The notes: generated by a model from the letters alone, not told the origin. DNA of 40,315 nt from Octopus bimaculoides (GCF_001194135.2 NC_069001.1:16126188-16166502); one strand, 5' to 3'. Shown: positions 12,440 to 24,924, counted from the first letter of the stretch. Numbers and translations: made by a program.

Positions 12440-12720
12440 ACTGCAGGGGTCTTGTCTTTTGAGGGGTCTTATCTTTTGCAGGGTCTTGTCTTTTGAGCTA
12501 CTTGGTGACCTCACTACTACTGGTGCCACAAAAAATGTACCCTGCATACTCTGTAAAGTAGTTGGCATTAAGAAGGGCATCCAGATGTAGAAACCATGCC
12601 AAAGTTGACACTGAAGATCAACACAGCTCTTTGGGATAGTTGGCCCCTGTTGAACCAGCCAACCCATGTCAACATGGAAAATGGATGTTAAATAATTGAT
12701 GACGATGATGACAATTATGA
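12440..12720 (+). mobile_element. S3-tailed SINE-like element, older variant
   Basis: GTTGGCATTAAGAAGGGCATCCAG...AACCCATGTCAACATGGAAAATGGATGTTAAA...GATGAC, with a short internal triplicated GGGTCTT(G/A)TCTTTTG. Confidence 0.65.
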
Positions 12721-13140
12721 AGATGATACAATCAATTTGATGGGCTTTCACAGTTTCCACTACTCAATATCTCTCACAAGTTATGAATCAATTTGAAGGT
12801 GTAGAAAATGACATTTGTCCAAAATGCCATGCAGAGAGAGTGAACCCAGGACATTGTTGATATGTAAACTTTACCATCTGACCAAACTGTGGCAACCCTG
12901 AACAATAACTAATATCTTATTCCATTGAAATATCACCTTTTAAAAAAGTGTTCTTCAACAGGCAGATTTTTACAAGAAAAAAAGAATAGAACAGAGCTGA
13001 TTAAAAATAAAGCAGATATGTGCATGAAAGGCTTCTTAAAGAATACAAGAAAATACACCAAAAGAAGAAAATACATATGCAAAACATTTCCAAAAGGTCA
13101 CCAGAAAATGGACCAAAAGCCAAAACAAATATAAACATAT

Positions 13141-13293
13141 TTACCCATTTGTTACTATATTTCTATTGAAACACACTTTTTATCTCTTAATTAATTTCAT
13201 AAATAATGAAGAATATTGTAAAATAAAATCATTGTGAAGTTGATGTTTGAAACAAATTAAAAATGAAATTTTAAAAGGAAGTTTTAAAACAGG
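13141..13293 (+). mobile_element. piggyBac-like MITE family B, decayed partial copy
   Basis: TTACCCATTTGTTACTATATTTCTATTGAAACACACT ... AAAACAGGAAGT. Confidence 0.45.
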
Positions 13294-13479
13294 AAGTCCA
13301 TAAACAGGAAGTACCATAAAAACAAGGACAGTCTCGGGTTATCTAAAAGAACAGAAGAAAATAGGCCAAAAGAAGTAGATAGACACATTAAAAGTTTTTC
13401 AAAGACATCTTCAATTGCTATCAATGCTTTATGAACAAAAGTCATGCTATTTACTAAATGTATTAACAATTACACCAAT

Positions 13480-13810
13480 ATTAACATTCATCTTCTCCAC
13501 CCACCATGCTTTAAAGGGTTGTGAGGGAACAGTTTTATCAGAAGCAAATGTCATTCCACTTCCCAGCTGGATTCCCAAGTGAGAACATGGATATTATCCA
13601 ACTGTCTCGTTAATGGCCTACTCCTACCTCTCCTGCCAGTTGACTCAGTTTGAAGAATTTGTCTTGCAGTTCTTTCCTGCAACATTCTAATCATATGTTC
13701 ATAGTATTGGAGCTGTGACTTCTTAATGCAGAGAAGTAGTGGCTTGATCTGGAGATATTTCTTGATCTCTGAGCTATGAACCCTGTTGAGTAACGTTCCT
13801 CATCTTCAAG
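13480..13810 (-). mobile_element. RTE-clade LINE 3' remnant (ORF2 C-terminus and 3' end)
   Basis: Minus strand 13793-13590 is open for 68 codons: LLNRVHSSEIKKYLQIKPLLLCIKKSQLQYYEHMIRMLQERTARQILQTESTGRRGRSRPLTRQLDNI. This resembles the RTE post-RT motif QLRWxGHxxRM...GxRxRGRP. Confidence 0.8.
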
Positions 13811-13859
13811 ATCTGATGCAACCAGTCATTGAGGTGCCACTCAGATGCTTTTGTAGTTA

Positions 13860-14125
13860 GTGTAGCTGTATGGACATAATGGCCTTTGTATCTTTCAGCC
13901 ACTTCAACTTAAACATGCTTATCTGAGCCAATAAGGGGATGCTTCAATACAGTCATTCAACCTGCTAAAACTAGCAGCTGTTTCACCTTCAAACCACATG
14001 CCGTTGCCTTAAAAATAGAAATGATACATTGGATAGTGTAGTTGTACTGGATAATTTAAAGGGGAGGGATGGCCATAACTGGATTACTTCTGATTAGGGT
14101 TGACCTTGGGTCAAACAACTGCAAT
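13860..14125 (+). mobile_element. interspersed repeat family S4
   Basis: CAACCTGCTAAAACTAGCAGC...GACCTTGGGTCAAACAAC, homologous to 3150-3355. Confidence 0.55.
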
Positions 14126-14551
14126 AAAACCAACATATTCCTCGTCTCTCTGCTACTCCTTTTATGTCTCAATCTCTTTAAACCTTACACAAAATATAGT
14201 CCTCCTCCATCAATCCTTCCTTCTGAAAACTGCATTCATAAAGAACACACCCACACCTATATATTACCCTTAATTATATCCACCACCCTGCCCACAGCTT
14301 CCAACCCAATCTCTGACATTTAAAAAGTTCAAAGTCAGCCAACACAATTATCTTTATTCTCTAAGTGACAAGAACCCTGGAAAGGAAAGACTATGAAAGA
14401 ATCCTTTCTACTTCCTCTTAAGATATAGAATGAAAAAAAAGAAACATTTCCTTATGATGAAGCATTTAGGGAATTCATTGAGTATCTTTAAAAATAAGGC
14501 TTTCCTTTATTCAGTTAAAAACAAAAAAAAATTAATATTTGGGAAGAGGAA

Positions 14552-14741
14552 GGTGACGAGCAGGCAGAATTGTTAATCCTATCTGTCCTTATGTTCTGAG
14601 TTCAAATTCCACCAAAGTCGATTTTGCCTTTCATCCTTTTGGGGTCAATAAAATAAGTACCAGTTGAGCACTGAGGTTGATGTAATTGACTTACCCCTCC
14701 TCCAAAATTGCTGGCCTAGTGCCAAAGTTTAAACCAATATT
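14552..14741 (+). mobile_element. SINE family S2 with internal deletion
   Basis: GTTCTGAGTTCAAATTCC...CCTTTCATCCTTTTGGGGTCAATAAAATAAGTACCAG. Confidence 0.8.
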
Positions 14742-14924
14742 TAAGAGGAGTCATAATTGGGGACTGTTTGGAAAAAGAAAGAAGTGAAATGTAGACAAGC
14801 AGCAACTGGTGAATGTGTTTATAGGCTTTATCTGTTAAGATTCTTCTCAAATATAACAATATTGGTTTCAGATAAAAATTCTTGCAAATCAAATTCAAAA
14901 CAGAAAAAACAAAATTCTGTATCA

Positions 14925-15350
14925 GGCACAGGCATGGCTGAGTGGTAAGAAGTTTGCTTCTCAACTACATGGTTCCGGGTTCAGTCCCACTCTGTAGCAA
15001 CCTGGGCAAGTGTCTTCTACTATAGCCCCAAGCCAATCAAAGCCTTCTGAGTGGATCTGGTAGAAAGAAGCCTGTCATATATATATGTGTGTGTGTGTAT
15101 ATCCATGTGTGTGTGTGTATTTGTGTCTGTGTTTGTCCCCCCACCCATTGCTTGACAACTGGTATTGGTGTTTTTAGATTCCTGTAACTTAATGGTTCGG
15201 CAAAAGGGATCAAAAGAATAAGTACCAGACTTTCAAAAAATAAATGGAGAAGGTAAGGCCATTCCTTTGACTAAAATTCCCCAAGGTGGTACCCCCCGCA
15301 TGGTCACAATCTAATGACTGAAACAAGTAAAGGATGAAGAATGAAAGAAT
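14925..15350 (+). mobile_element. tRNA-derived CORE-like SINE (family S1), near full length
   Basis: tRNA-like head with A/B boxes (TGGCTGAGTGG; GGTTCAGTCCC), a CORE-like CCTGGGCAAGTGTCTT, an internal (TG)n and a 3' tail GACTGAAACAAGTAAAGGA. Confidence 0.85.
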
Positions 15351-15400
15351 CTGAGAAAAATAACCCAATAACTTCACAAAACAACATGAATTAAAATATC

Positions 15401-15626
15401 TTAACCCTTCAGTTATGATATTCCTGTTGAAATACACTGCCTTTGTTTCAATTAATTCTGAAAATACTAAAGAATTTATTAAAGTGACTTTTTATAGATA
15501 TTTAATCTAGTGTTTGGAGCATAAATTAACATGAAGTTTTGATGGAAGGTTTTAATTTAAACCAACAGGAAGTATGTATTATAGACCCAAGAACAATCTC
15601 AGTTGGATTGGTATCTAAAGGATTAA
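15401..15626 (+). mobile_element. piggyBac-like MITE family B
   Basis: TTAA|CCCTT ... AAAGGA|TTAA. The body (CTGTTGAAATACACTG, TGATGGAAGGTTTTA, AACAGGAAGT) is shared with 4433-4657 and 13141-13293. Confidence 0.7.
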
Positions 15627-16200
15627 CAAGAAGTTCATACAATACATATGTACATACATATACATGCATACTGTACATACTTTTAAAGACTGGTATTTGT
15701 AGTTTCTGTGGGAACATAGGAAGAACTTTTTATGGAAATATTAGAACTTGGCTTATTTCAACTAAAAAATGTATCAAAAAGAAGTATTTAATTATTTCTT
15801 CCTTCTATTCTCAGATTACTTTATCTGATGGGAACTAAAGTATTAAGACAACTATGAACTGAAATTAGAAATATACATGGTGTGAAATATCTGTAAAATG
15901 TAAATATGTGTGTCTATTAGTCATACAATCATTTGGTTGTTGCTTTACAATAATCCACATTTTACTGTGACTACAAAAAACACATACATATTTGTTTGCT
16001 AATCCTTTGTGGAATCAGTGGTTAACCAACAAAGATTCAAGCTCTATGTGGTATGCTGAGATAGGTAACCAAAGCCCATCTCTTGCCCCAGACTAAAAAA
16101 ACTATAGCTGGAAGTCATCAGCAAACACAAAGCAAAATGGCACACTTAACTAATCAAGAGCTTCCAACAGTTTTGTCCTAACATGTGCGTGTGTGTGTGT

Positions 16201-16365
16201 TTATTTAACTTTTACAAGATGAGGGTTGACAGTGACTCCAAAGTTTCAACCTTGCTAAAGGCTATACAAGGCCAAAAGGAACCCAAGTACAGAATAGTTG
16301 GATAAAGGCTAACAGACTGAAACTTTGAAGTGACTGCCACCCTGCTTCTTGTAAAAGTTGAATAA
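16201..16365. repeat. small foldback/MITE-like element with ~48-bp inverted arms
   Basis: TTATTTAACTTTTACAAGATGAGGGTTGACAGTGACTCCAAAGTTTCA vs the reverse complement of 16318-16365, about 80% identical. Confidence 0.7.
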
Positions 16366-17167
16366 AAATGTCCTCAGTAACTCTTCAGTTTAATGTCAAA
16401 TTATTTTAATATATCACTTGTTAGAAAGACACATATATGTATATATGTATATGAACACCTACTTATGTACATATAAGGGTATATATTTAAGTACATTGGA
16501 AACAAATTCTTTATACTTAATTTTTTTGTGGTTTAGGCCTTAGACATCAACTCCAAATAATGTTTTTATTGATGTGTTTGCCATCAAAGCCAATTTATTA
16601 TCCCACTAAAGTAGCAGCTCAGCTAAAAAGTTTGCCTTACAGCCATGAGTTTTGAGTTGAATCCTACTGCACAATACCAAGTCAAATATCTTTTCCCATG
16701 GCAGTGGAGTGACCAGAGTTTTTTGAGTGGAATTTAACATGTGGAAGACCATGAGAGAAATTGACTATTTCTGTTCCTGACTGGTAGACATACTCCATCA
16801 CCTGGTTTTCGCCTTTGCCGCCTAGCCTTACCCTTGAATGTCTTTAACAAAACACACCCTGCTAGAAATATTCAGACTAAGTTTCTTTTGTAAGGACAAC
16901 CTCCTTTCCACTAGTCTCAGAAACCCTGAAAAGGATCATTGCTCTTCCTCATCTGACTAAGTGATAAGAATATCTGTAAATGAATAAATAAATAAATATC
17001 TATTAAAATTACTTCAGACATTAGGACTACTATTTCATATGCTTACTATGATCATCAGAGGAAAAGAGAATTTCTATCATATAATCATCACTGATAGCAG
17101 ATTGGTTTAGTATAAATTTCCTAGGAAAAGACAAAATGAATTACTGTTTTGCATGACAACTTCACTA

Positions 17168-17358
17168 CTGTCAGTGGCATGAAAAACGAAAAGCACTGTA
17201 AAGTGGTTAGCATTAGGAAGGGCATCTGGCTGTACAAAGTATACCAAAGCAGAGACTGGAGCACAATGCAGCGCTTGGACTATTTGGAACCTGTAAAACT
17301 GTCCAACTCATGCTAACATGGAACATAGAGACTAAATAATGATGAAATGATGATGAAG
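17168..17358 (+). mobile_element. S3-tailed element, decayed
   Basis: GGTTAGCATTAGGAAGGGCATCTGGCTGTA...TCCAACTCATGCTAACATGGAAC...GATGATG. Confidence 0.6.
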
Positions 17359-18517
17359 AAATTAAAGTTTTCCAAAGAATAAGGAAATACAAGTGTATTT
17401 CTGAGTTCTTTGAAAGAAATAACAACTGAAGACTAACACTTTAAATTGCAGGAATGATTATAAATATAGTTATATAATACATACAATGTTATGTATTTTC
17501 CAAATATAAATGACTCACCATGTCTCTATTGATGACTGTGGAGAACACAAAAAGATAAGTCTAATGTCTTCATCTTACTAGCCAGCATCAGTCTGATAAT
17601 GGCTTGTAAAAATTATATTTAAATAACTATCTGTGACTGTGTGTTCATATGTATTTGTTTGCATTTGAGTTCCACACAATGAGTGTTGTTATTATGGTCA
17701 CTTCTATCAATAAATTGTCCCCTTGCTTCACACCCTTGAATAAATGTGTAATAGATCTCTTACTTGAAAAACAGGCAAGTATTAGCTACAGGAAGGGCAT
17801 CCAACTATAAAACAATGCTTCAATGATAAGATTTACCTAACCTGTACTAGCATGGAAAAACAGACAAAACAAACAACTGAACACATACATAGACATTTTA
17901 TGGTTGAATAGTCAAACACTAAACTCATGTGCAAAATATTTCTTTAGCTTCTCCAGCAATGTGTGTGTGTGTGTGTGTGTATGTGTCTATACACACGCAC
18001 ACACACACATATTTAGAGACACATAAACATATATATGCTTACACACACACACACACACATATATATATATGTGCATAATTCAAACAAATATAAGCTAAGA
18101 GAAATAACTCAAGGTGATCAGCGGCATATATATGAACAACAAAGACAAATACAGGTATATGTATACGAATAGTGATATACAACATAAACATGTGTGTATT
18201 CACATACAAGTAATACGCGAACACATAATTAGAATAACAGAAACAGGTCACACCGCAATATAACAAAGTTAGGGTTAGTGTTAGACAGACACTTGTATTT
18301 ATGAGAAATTGTAAACCTGTGCAACCCACAGCAGTATTGTGTATGACTTTTATTGTTGATAATTGGTAGCCATTGCTATAAACATTGTGGTCAATGCCTT
18401 GTGATAATCATATAGCAAATATTGTACAACCTAAATCTACTGAGAATATCTATATGTATAAATACACAACTATGTATGTGTGCATATACACACACATTTA
18501 TGTGTGTGTATGTATAA

Positions 18518-18548
<31 letters not shown>

Positions 18549-19164
18549 NNNNNNNNNNNNNNNNNNNNNNNNNNNNNNNNNNNNNNNNNNNNNNNNNNNN
18601 NNNNNNNNNNNNNNNNNNNNNNNNNNNNNNNNNNNNNNNNNNNNNNNNNNNNNNNNNNNNNNNNNNNNNNNNNNNNNNNNNNNNNNNNNNNNNNNNNNNN
18701 NNNNNNNNNNNNNNNNNNNNNNNNNNNNNNNNNNNNNNNNNNNNNNNNNNNNNNNNNNNNNNNNNNNNNNNNNNNNNNNNNNNNNNNNNNNNNNNNNNNN
18801 NNNNNNNNNNNNNNNNNNNNNNNNNNNNNNNNNNNNNNNNNNNNNNNNNNNNNNNNNNNNNNNNNNNNNNNNNNNNNNNNNNNNNNNNNNNNNNNNNNNN
18901 NNNNNNNNNNNNNNNNNNNNNNNNNNNNNNNNNNNNNNNNNNNNNNNNNNNNNNNNNNNNNNNNNNNNNNNNNNNNNNNNNNNNNNNNNNNNNNNNNNNN
19001 NNNNNNNNNNNNNNNNNNNNNNNNNNNNNNNNNNNNNNNNNNNNNNNNNNNNNNNNNNNNNNNNNNNNNNNNNNNNNNNNNNNNNNNNNNNNNNNNNNNN
19101 NNNNNNNNNNNNNNNNNNNNNNNNNNNNNNNNNNNNNNNNNNNNNNNNNNNNNNNNNNNNNNNN

Positions 19165-19197
<33 letters not shown>

Positions 19198-19380
19198 ATG
19201 CATTTGTGAAAAGCAGCATTGTTGGTTACATGTATATTTGTGTATATACACAGACATGACAGAAGTAAATAGACACCCCATAAAACATCATCTTATGTTT
19301 ATTCTAACTTGTAAATGTTTATATTTTTTTTTATTAATTAACATTTTTATGTTTCAGATTCTACATGTGACTGTTTAATC

Positions 19381-20355
19381 ATGCCATGTACAAAAGAAGC
19401 CTTGGAACTGTCTGAATTTCAAAGAGGCCATATTGTGTGTCATTCTGAAGGTAGATACAGTCAGTGTAAAATCGCAGAAAACCTTGGGATCCCGCTTTCT
19501 ACAGTTAATAGAGTGATTGTGCAATTCCCCAGAGAGGGGAAGGGGTCCACATCAGCTAGAGCCCTCTGACAGGATCGTTCTCTTTGCTAAATGTGGAGGA
19601 TAATCCTCATTGCAAGGCCTCTGGCATAGCAGAACAAGTTGATGTCAGTCCTAGAACAGCTGACAGCTGTCTCCACAAATTTGGTACTATGGCAGAGCAG
19701 CAAGAAGGGAGCCACTTATTCAACCAACCAACATCAAGCGGAGAAAAGATTGGGCAAGTGAGATAGTGAAGAAACCACAAGCATTTTGGGACACTGTCAT
19801 ATTCTCTGATGAGTCCAGATTTGCTGAATTTCCTGACAGTGGTTGAGTATGAGTCTGGAGACTCTGTGATCAAGAAGTTGATGTGAAAAGATTGCAGCCA
19901 ACAATGAAGCATGGCAGCTATTCTGTGATGGTCTGGGGAGCAATTTGAAGCAATGGTTGATCAGAGCTGGTGGGTGTAAGGGAAACATAAGCTCAGATAA
20001 ATGTGTCCCTATTTCAGGAAGGACTCCTTCCAATCTTCTCCAGTGATGAAATGATTAAAGAAGACTCTTTATTTATGGAAGATGGGGTTCCTTGTCACAC
20101 AGTTAAAGTGACCCAAAATTCGTTAGATGAGAATGGCCAAGACAGTCATCAGATATGAACCCTATTGAATACCTCTGTGACATAATGGACAGGACACTTC
20201 ATAAAAAGAGCAAGAAAGCATCTTCAAAGCCAGATCTTTTGAGAACTACTGCATGAAACTTGGCAAGAAATTATGCAAGAGAATATCTGTCATCTTATCA
20301 GTAACATGCCTAATAGGGTCCTTGCATTGAAAAGGGCATGTCTACTAAATATTAA
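19381..20355 (+). pseudogene. Tc1-family (DD34E-type) transposase pseudogene with stops and frameshifts
   Basis: The N-terminal HTH region [41 protein letters not shown] is followed across frames by GRAARRKPLI, FWDTVIFSDESRF, VMVWGAI, FMEDGVPCH, WPRQSSDMNPIE and a C-terminal STKY-stop. A TIR-like left end TA|CACAGACATGACAGAAGTAAATAGACACCC begins at 19249. The right end is probably in the gap at 20397-20635. Confidence 0.93.
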
Positions 20356-20758
20356 ATGCTCACATTATAACAATTAATAAACAATTTGAATGCATANNNN
20401 NNNNNNNNNNNNNNNNNNNNNNNNNNNNNNNNNNNNNNNNNNNNNNNNNNNNNNNNNNNNNNNNNNNNNNNNNNNNNNNNNNNNNNNNNNNNNNNNNNNN
20501 NNNNNNNNNNNNNNNNNNNNNNNNNNNNNNNNNNNNNNNNNNNNNNNNNNNNNNNNNNNNNNNNNNNNNNNNNNNNNNNNNNNNNNNNNNNNNNNNNNNN
20601 NNNNNNNNNNNNNNNNNNNNNNNNNNNNNNNNNNNTCTTTTGAGAACTACTGCATGAAACTTGGCAAGAAATTATGCAAGAGAATATCTGTCATCTTATC
20701 AGTAACATGCCTAATAGGGTCCTTGCATTGAAAAGGGCATGTCTACTAAATATTAAAT
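20235..20758 (+). repeat. 123-bp identical direct duplication flanking a gap
   Basis: 20235-20357 is identical to 20636-20758 (Tc1 3' end), separated by 39 bp of sequence and the gap 20397-20635. Confidence 0.95.
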
Positions 20759-21095
20759 ACATTTAATACAAAAATGTTTGCATAAAAAAGGTCCAACTTA
20801 CACAGAGTAGAAATGATATCAGGAATTAAAGGGGTTGAATAAGACTTTTACAAGTCCAACAGCTGTTTCTGGGGAATTGATGGTCCAAAATAATGATTGT
20901 AAATTAATTCCATCATCGGATATGGAGTCAATTTCCAACCATTATTTTGGACCACCAAACCCCCAGAAACAGCTGTTGGACTCGTAAAACTCTTATTCAA
21001 ACCCTTTAATTCTTGATATCATTTCTACTCTGTGTAAGTTGGACCTTTTTATGGAGACATATGTACATTTTTTGTATTAAATATATTTAATATTT
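20748..21095. repeat. ~348-bp near-perfect foldback palindrome
   Basis: The core arms ~20786-20894 and ~20940-21048 differ at about 7 positions. Pairing continues outward to AAATATTAAATACATTTAATACA and inward to TCCATCATCGGATATGGA. Confidence 0.92.
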
Positions 21096-21229
21096 TTTGT
21101 CTATCAACATGCCTAATTTGCTTATCCTTACATTTACTGCTCTACATGCTCAAGTTTAAATCTCTTGAGCACTACGAAGTGTATTCTATACAGAGAATAT
21201 ATGTCTTTCATCTAGAAACTATATATATA

Positions 21230-21800
21230 GTCATGCACTTATGAACAATAACATTGTTGGTTATAACCCTTGCTTTTAATAGGCTAATCATTGGTTCCCT
21301 GTAGTTCCCATGTAGTGAATGACAAGGGTTGTTTGTGCACTTAGCCTTTATCTCAAGTTGACTCTTGTGAAGGTCTCCAAAATTCTGTTTCAAATTTTGA
21401 GAGTTGAGTACAGAATGCTTCAGTCAAGAGTGCAGGTCTAAGCATCAAGTGCGAAGTGGTCATGTGCACAGGCATGGATGTAATGGCCTTTGTAAAGAGG
21501 TACCTTTTATACCATGTTGGTAGTACTAGACTCCTTTCGGTAGTCTAGTCAGTAACTTGTGAGCATTTTCTAGAAAAATGTTGTTGCAGTAACCAGATTC
21601 CTGTGTTGTAAGCCATTGATAGTATTTTATTTTGTAGCATCAGCTCCATCAACTGTGATAAACCTAAGAGTTGTCTTTGGGAAAGCAGTGAGTTGAGTAA
21701 ATAAATTTTGAGGCATTTGTCCAAAATAGACAGGTGTGCTCTGGAATGCTTTGGATTTGGGTTTCATAAATAGTGGCTCCACTTTCTTAGTTTAGCTTGT
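21230..21800 (-). mobile_element. possible very old LINE (RT-region) remnant
   Basis: Coding-like composition with scattered LINE-like peptides (e.g. LYKAI) but many stops. No YADD motif is recognisable. Confidence 0.25.
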
Positions 21801-22630
21801 TTGTAATTTTTCATAGTATCCGTGCAGTTTTATTACATGTATCTTATATAGACTTTACACACACTAGTCTGTTATCTATGAACATTGAGTACATGTGTGT
21901 GTGTGTATGTATGTATGTATGTGCAGTGAGTGTGTGTGCATGCGTGTGTGCGTATGTGTGTATACATATATTTTATTTACAATGTAAGTTTCCAGAATGT
22001 ATTATACTTGAAAATATATGTAACTTGAATTCATAATAATTTTATTTATAAATTCACCAAATATTTGGATCATTGGATCACAAACTCACTAAAGACAGAA
22101 CACCTTTCTACAATAACCTTCAAATTTGTATATTGAGAAACATTATTTAAAAATGGCAAAGGAAAATATAGGAATTCTCTCATAGAATCTACCAGAATTG
22201 GGTGAGAAAAGCATACCCCTACTTCATTTCTTAAAAATTTTCTTCAGACATGTAATCAAGTATAATGTTGTTCAATTGTTGAAGACTACATTCCAAGCAA
22301 TGAAAGGTTTTGTAGGGTGTAAAAGGTGCCAACTGACTCAACCAAAATTAAAGATGCAAGAAGCTAGTTAACTCCAAAATCAACACCAGTTAATAATTCT
22401 TTAAGTTTTAGATATTTATTCTCTTGTGTGAAGAAAAGCAATAAAATCCAAAACTTGGACAAGTTCTAAGGATTCTTGACATCCATTCTTCTACTCTATC
22501 ACTCATTCTAGCCTGTCGGCTGTTGGCTATGCTTGATAATATTATTGCATCCAAGAACATTATATCTGGCAGGTGCAGCAACTCTTTCATTCATTATTCA
22601 TAAATTTTCCAATAATAAATTTTCTAAATA

Positions 22631-23027
22631 GGTGTAAGCATGGCTGTGTGCTTGGGAAGTTTATTTTGCAACTAAATGGTTCCAGGTTCAGTCTTTCTAC
22701 ATATCATCTTGAGTAAGTGTTTTGTATCATACAGACCTGAGCCAACTAAACCCTTGCAGGTGAATTTGTAACAGAAACTGAAAACAAAACCCCAGCTATA
22801 TGTGTGTTTGTATGTGTGAGTGTGTGTCTGTTTGTCTTGATATTGCACGCTAATTTTAAAACAAACAACACCATCATTTACAATCTTCTGTGAAAACATG
22901 CCCAGACTTGGGGAAAATATCACCTTACTTGGAAACAGAAGAGCATCTGGCTGTAGAAAACCTGACTCAACAAATCTCATCTGACCCATGCTTGCATGGA
23001 AAAATAGATATGAAAGCAACGATGATG
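22631..23027 (+). mobile_element. composite SINE: S1-type head with S3-type 3' tail
   Basis: Head GCATGGCTGTGTG...GGTTCCAGGTTCAGTC; tail GGGCATC-like...GACCCATGCTTGCATGGAAAA...GATGATG. Confidence 0.65.
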
Positions 23028-23054
23028 TTAACGAGTGATTATTTAGGCATTGTA

Positions 23055-23273
23055 GGGCAGTGAGCTGGCAGAATTGTTAGCACACTGGGAAAAATGCTTA
23101 GTGGCATTTTGTCTGTCTTTATGTACTGAGTTCAAATTCCACTGAAGCTGACTTTACTTTTCATCCCTTTCAGGGTCAATAAATAAGTACCAGTTGAACT
23201 CTGGTGTTGATGTCATCAACTTACTCTGCATTCCTTGAAATTACAAGCCTTGTGCCAGGATTTGAAACGGATC
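23055..23273 (+). mobile_element. SINE family S2 with 14-bp TSD
   Basis: TSD ATTTAGGCATTGTA at 23041-23054 and 23274-23287; S2 head and body. Confidence 0.88.
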
Positions 23274-23830
23274 ATTTAGGCATTGTAAGCTTCAACAACA
23301 ACAACAAGACAAAGAAGAATGAAAAGAAAAAGGAAAGAAGAAACTAATATATTTTCTAACAATATTTCATGAGCCTCCCCCAAAAAATAAACAAACAAAA
23401 GTCCTCTAAAAACCTACAAGAAAATTAAAAAAAGCCACAGAACTAAAAGCAGGAAGTATCGATATGTTATCAATATCTATTGGAATTCAATGATTATTGA
23501 CTCTTTCTTCCTCTGTGTAGTTATTTTCTCAAGGTCATCTGGTTTATTCCAAATTAAGGTATAACCTCTAATTATTTTGGGCGAAATACTGATGATATTT
23601 TGGCAGATTTTTAAGGAATTAAAAAATACTTTTGAAATTTAATGTTTATTAGCTGATGTCAGTGAGAATTATAATGATAGTAGTGATGAATGATGATGAC
23701 GATGATGATGAAGATGTATATAAAGATTTATATAAAAAAGGAGGAAAACTGGCTAAAAGCTACCCAATGAGAAGCAAACGTAAGCTTGCATGTGTGCATG
23801 TATATGCACACACACACACACACACACAAA

Positions 23831-24248
23831 ATCATCATCATCACTTTAACATCCACTTTTTGATGCTTGTAGATTTTCTAGAAAATCTGCCAGCATTTCT
23901 GTTGCCAACCGTCAGCTGTTACCAAGCAAGGTAATATTTCCTCTAGAACTATGAACATGAACAGCACAACAACCAGACATGCTTTCATGGAAGGTTGCAA
24001 ATTATCTGCTGGTTGGTGATGTTTGTTGACAATTATTACGTTATGTTAGGACAAGAAGAAACAAACACACAAGCAGACAATAAACCCACCCCACCTGCAC
24101 ACTGAGTTACATTAATTCCCATCTGCATAAACCACTTAGAAGGTTTTGATTGGCCTGGGGCTATGGTAGTAAGCATTTACTGAAGGTGCCACACAATAGG
24201 ACTGAACCTAAAACAACATATTTGGAGAGTGAGCTATACCTACAACAG
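23831..24248 (-). mobile_element. composite SINE (S1 head, S3-type tail), inverted relative to 22631-23027
   Basis: Starts with (ATC)n ACTTTAACATCCAC and ends with GGTGCCACACAATAGGACTGAACC. Confidence 0.55.
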
Positions 24249-24924
24249 TATATATGTGTGCGCAGGTATGTGTATTTGCATGTGTACATGAATATATGTG
24301 TATGTGTTGGGTATGTGTGCAATGTATGTGTGTATGTGCATACATGTATGTTCATGTGAGTGTATCTATCTATCCAAATATATATATATATGTGTGTGTG
24401 TATGTATACACACACAACCATGTATATCTATATACTTACCTGTCTATCTATAAATACACACACACACACACAGGTGTGTATATATATATATGTATATGTA
24501 CATACACACACACACACATATATATATGCATATATAAATACCTATACATACATGCATATAGCTTTCTTTTTCTTTTTTTACTTATTTCAGACATCAGACT
24601 GCAGCCATGCATATATTTACAAACACGTGCATATCTATATGCATATATGTATATGTATATATATATATAAATTTAACTTGAGCAAAAGTAATTTTTATAT
24701 TTCTTTTCTGAAATCTACCTAACTGTTGGATATTAACATTCCGTGTACTATTGAACCCATCACCTCTACATACAATCACACTGGAAATTATTAAACTTTT
24801 ATTTTTTTTAGAAAATATGAACACCAATGAGATCCCTAATTTCTAGAGTGCAAGGTAGCCATTGCTACATAAAAGTCACACACAGCGTTAACAACAAAAA
24901 GAGTACAGTGAATATGCTACAGGG

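Noticed and set aside
13965-14012. Minus-strand exon-like segment GNGMWFEGETAASFS after a strong acceptor
   Set aside because: It lies within repeat family S4, which is also present at 3150-3355.
19803-19812. CTGATGAG hammerhead-like core
   Set aside because: It is the SDES codons of the Tc1 catalytic motif.
22408-22590. 60-aa ORF MKELLHLPDIMFLDAIILSS...
   Set aside because: It starts without convincing splice or start context, has no motif, and its length is within chance expectation.
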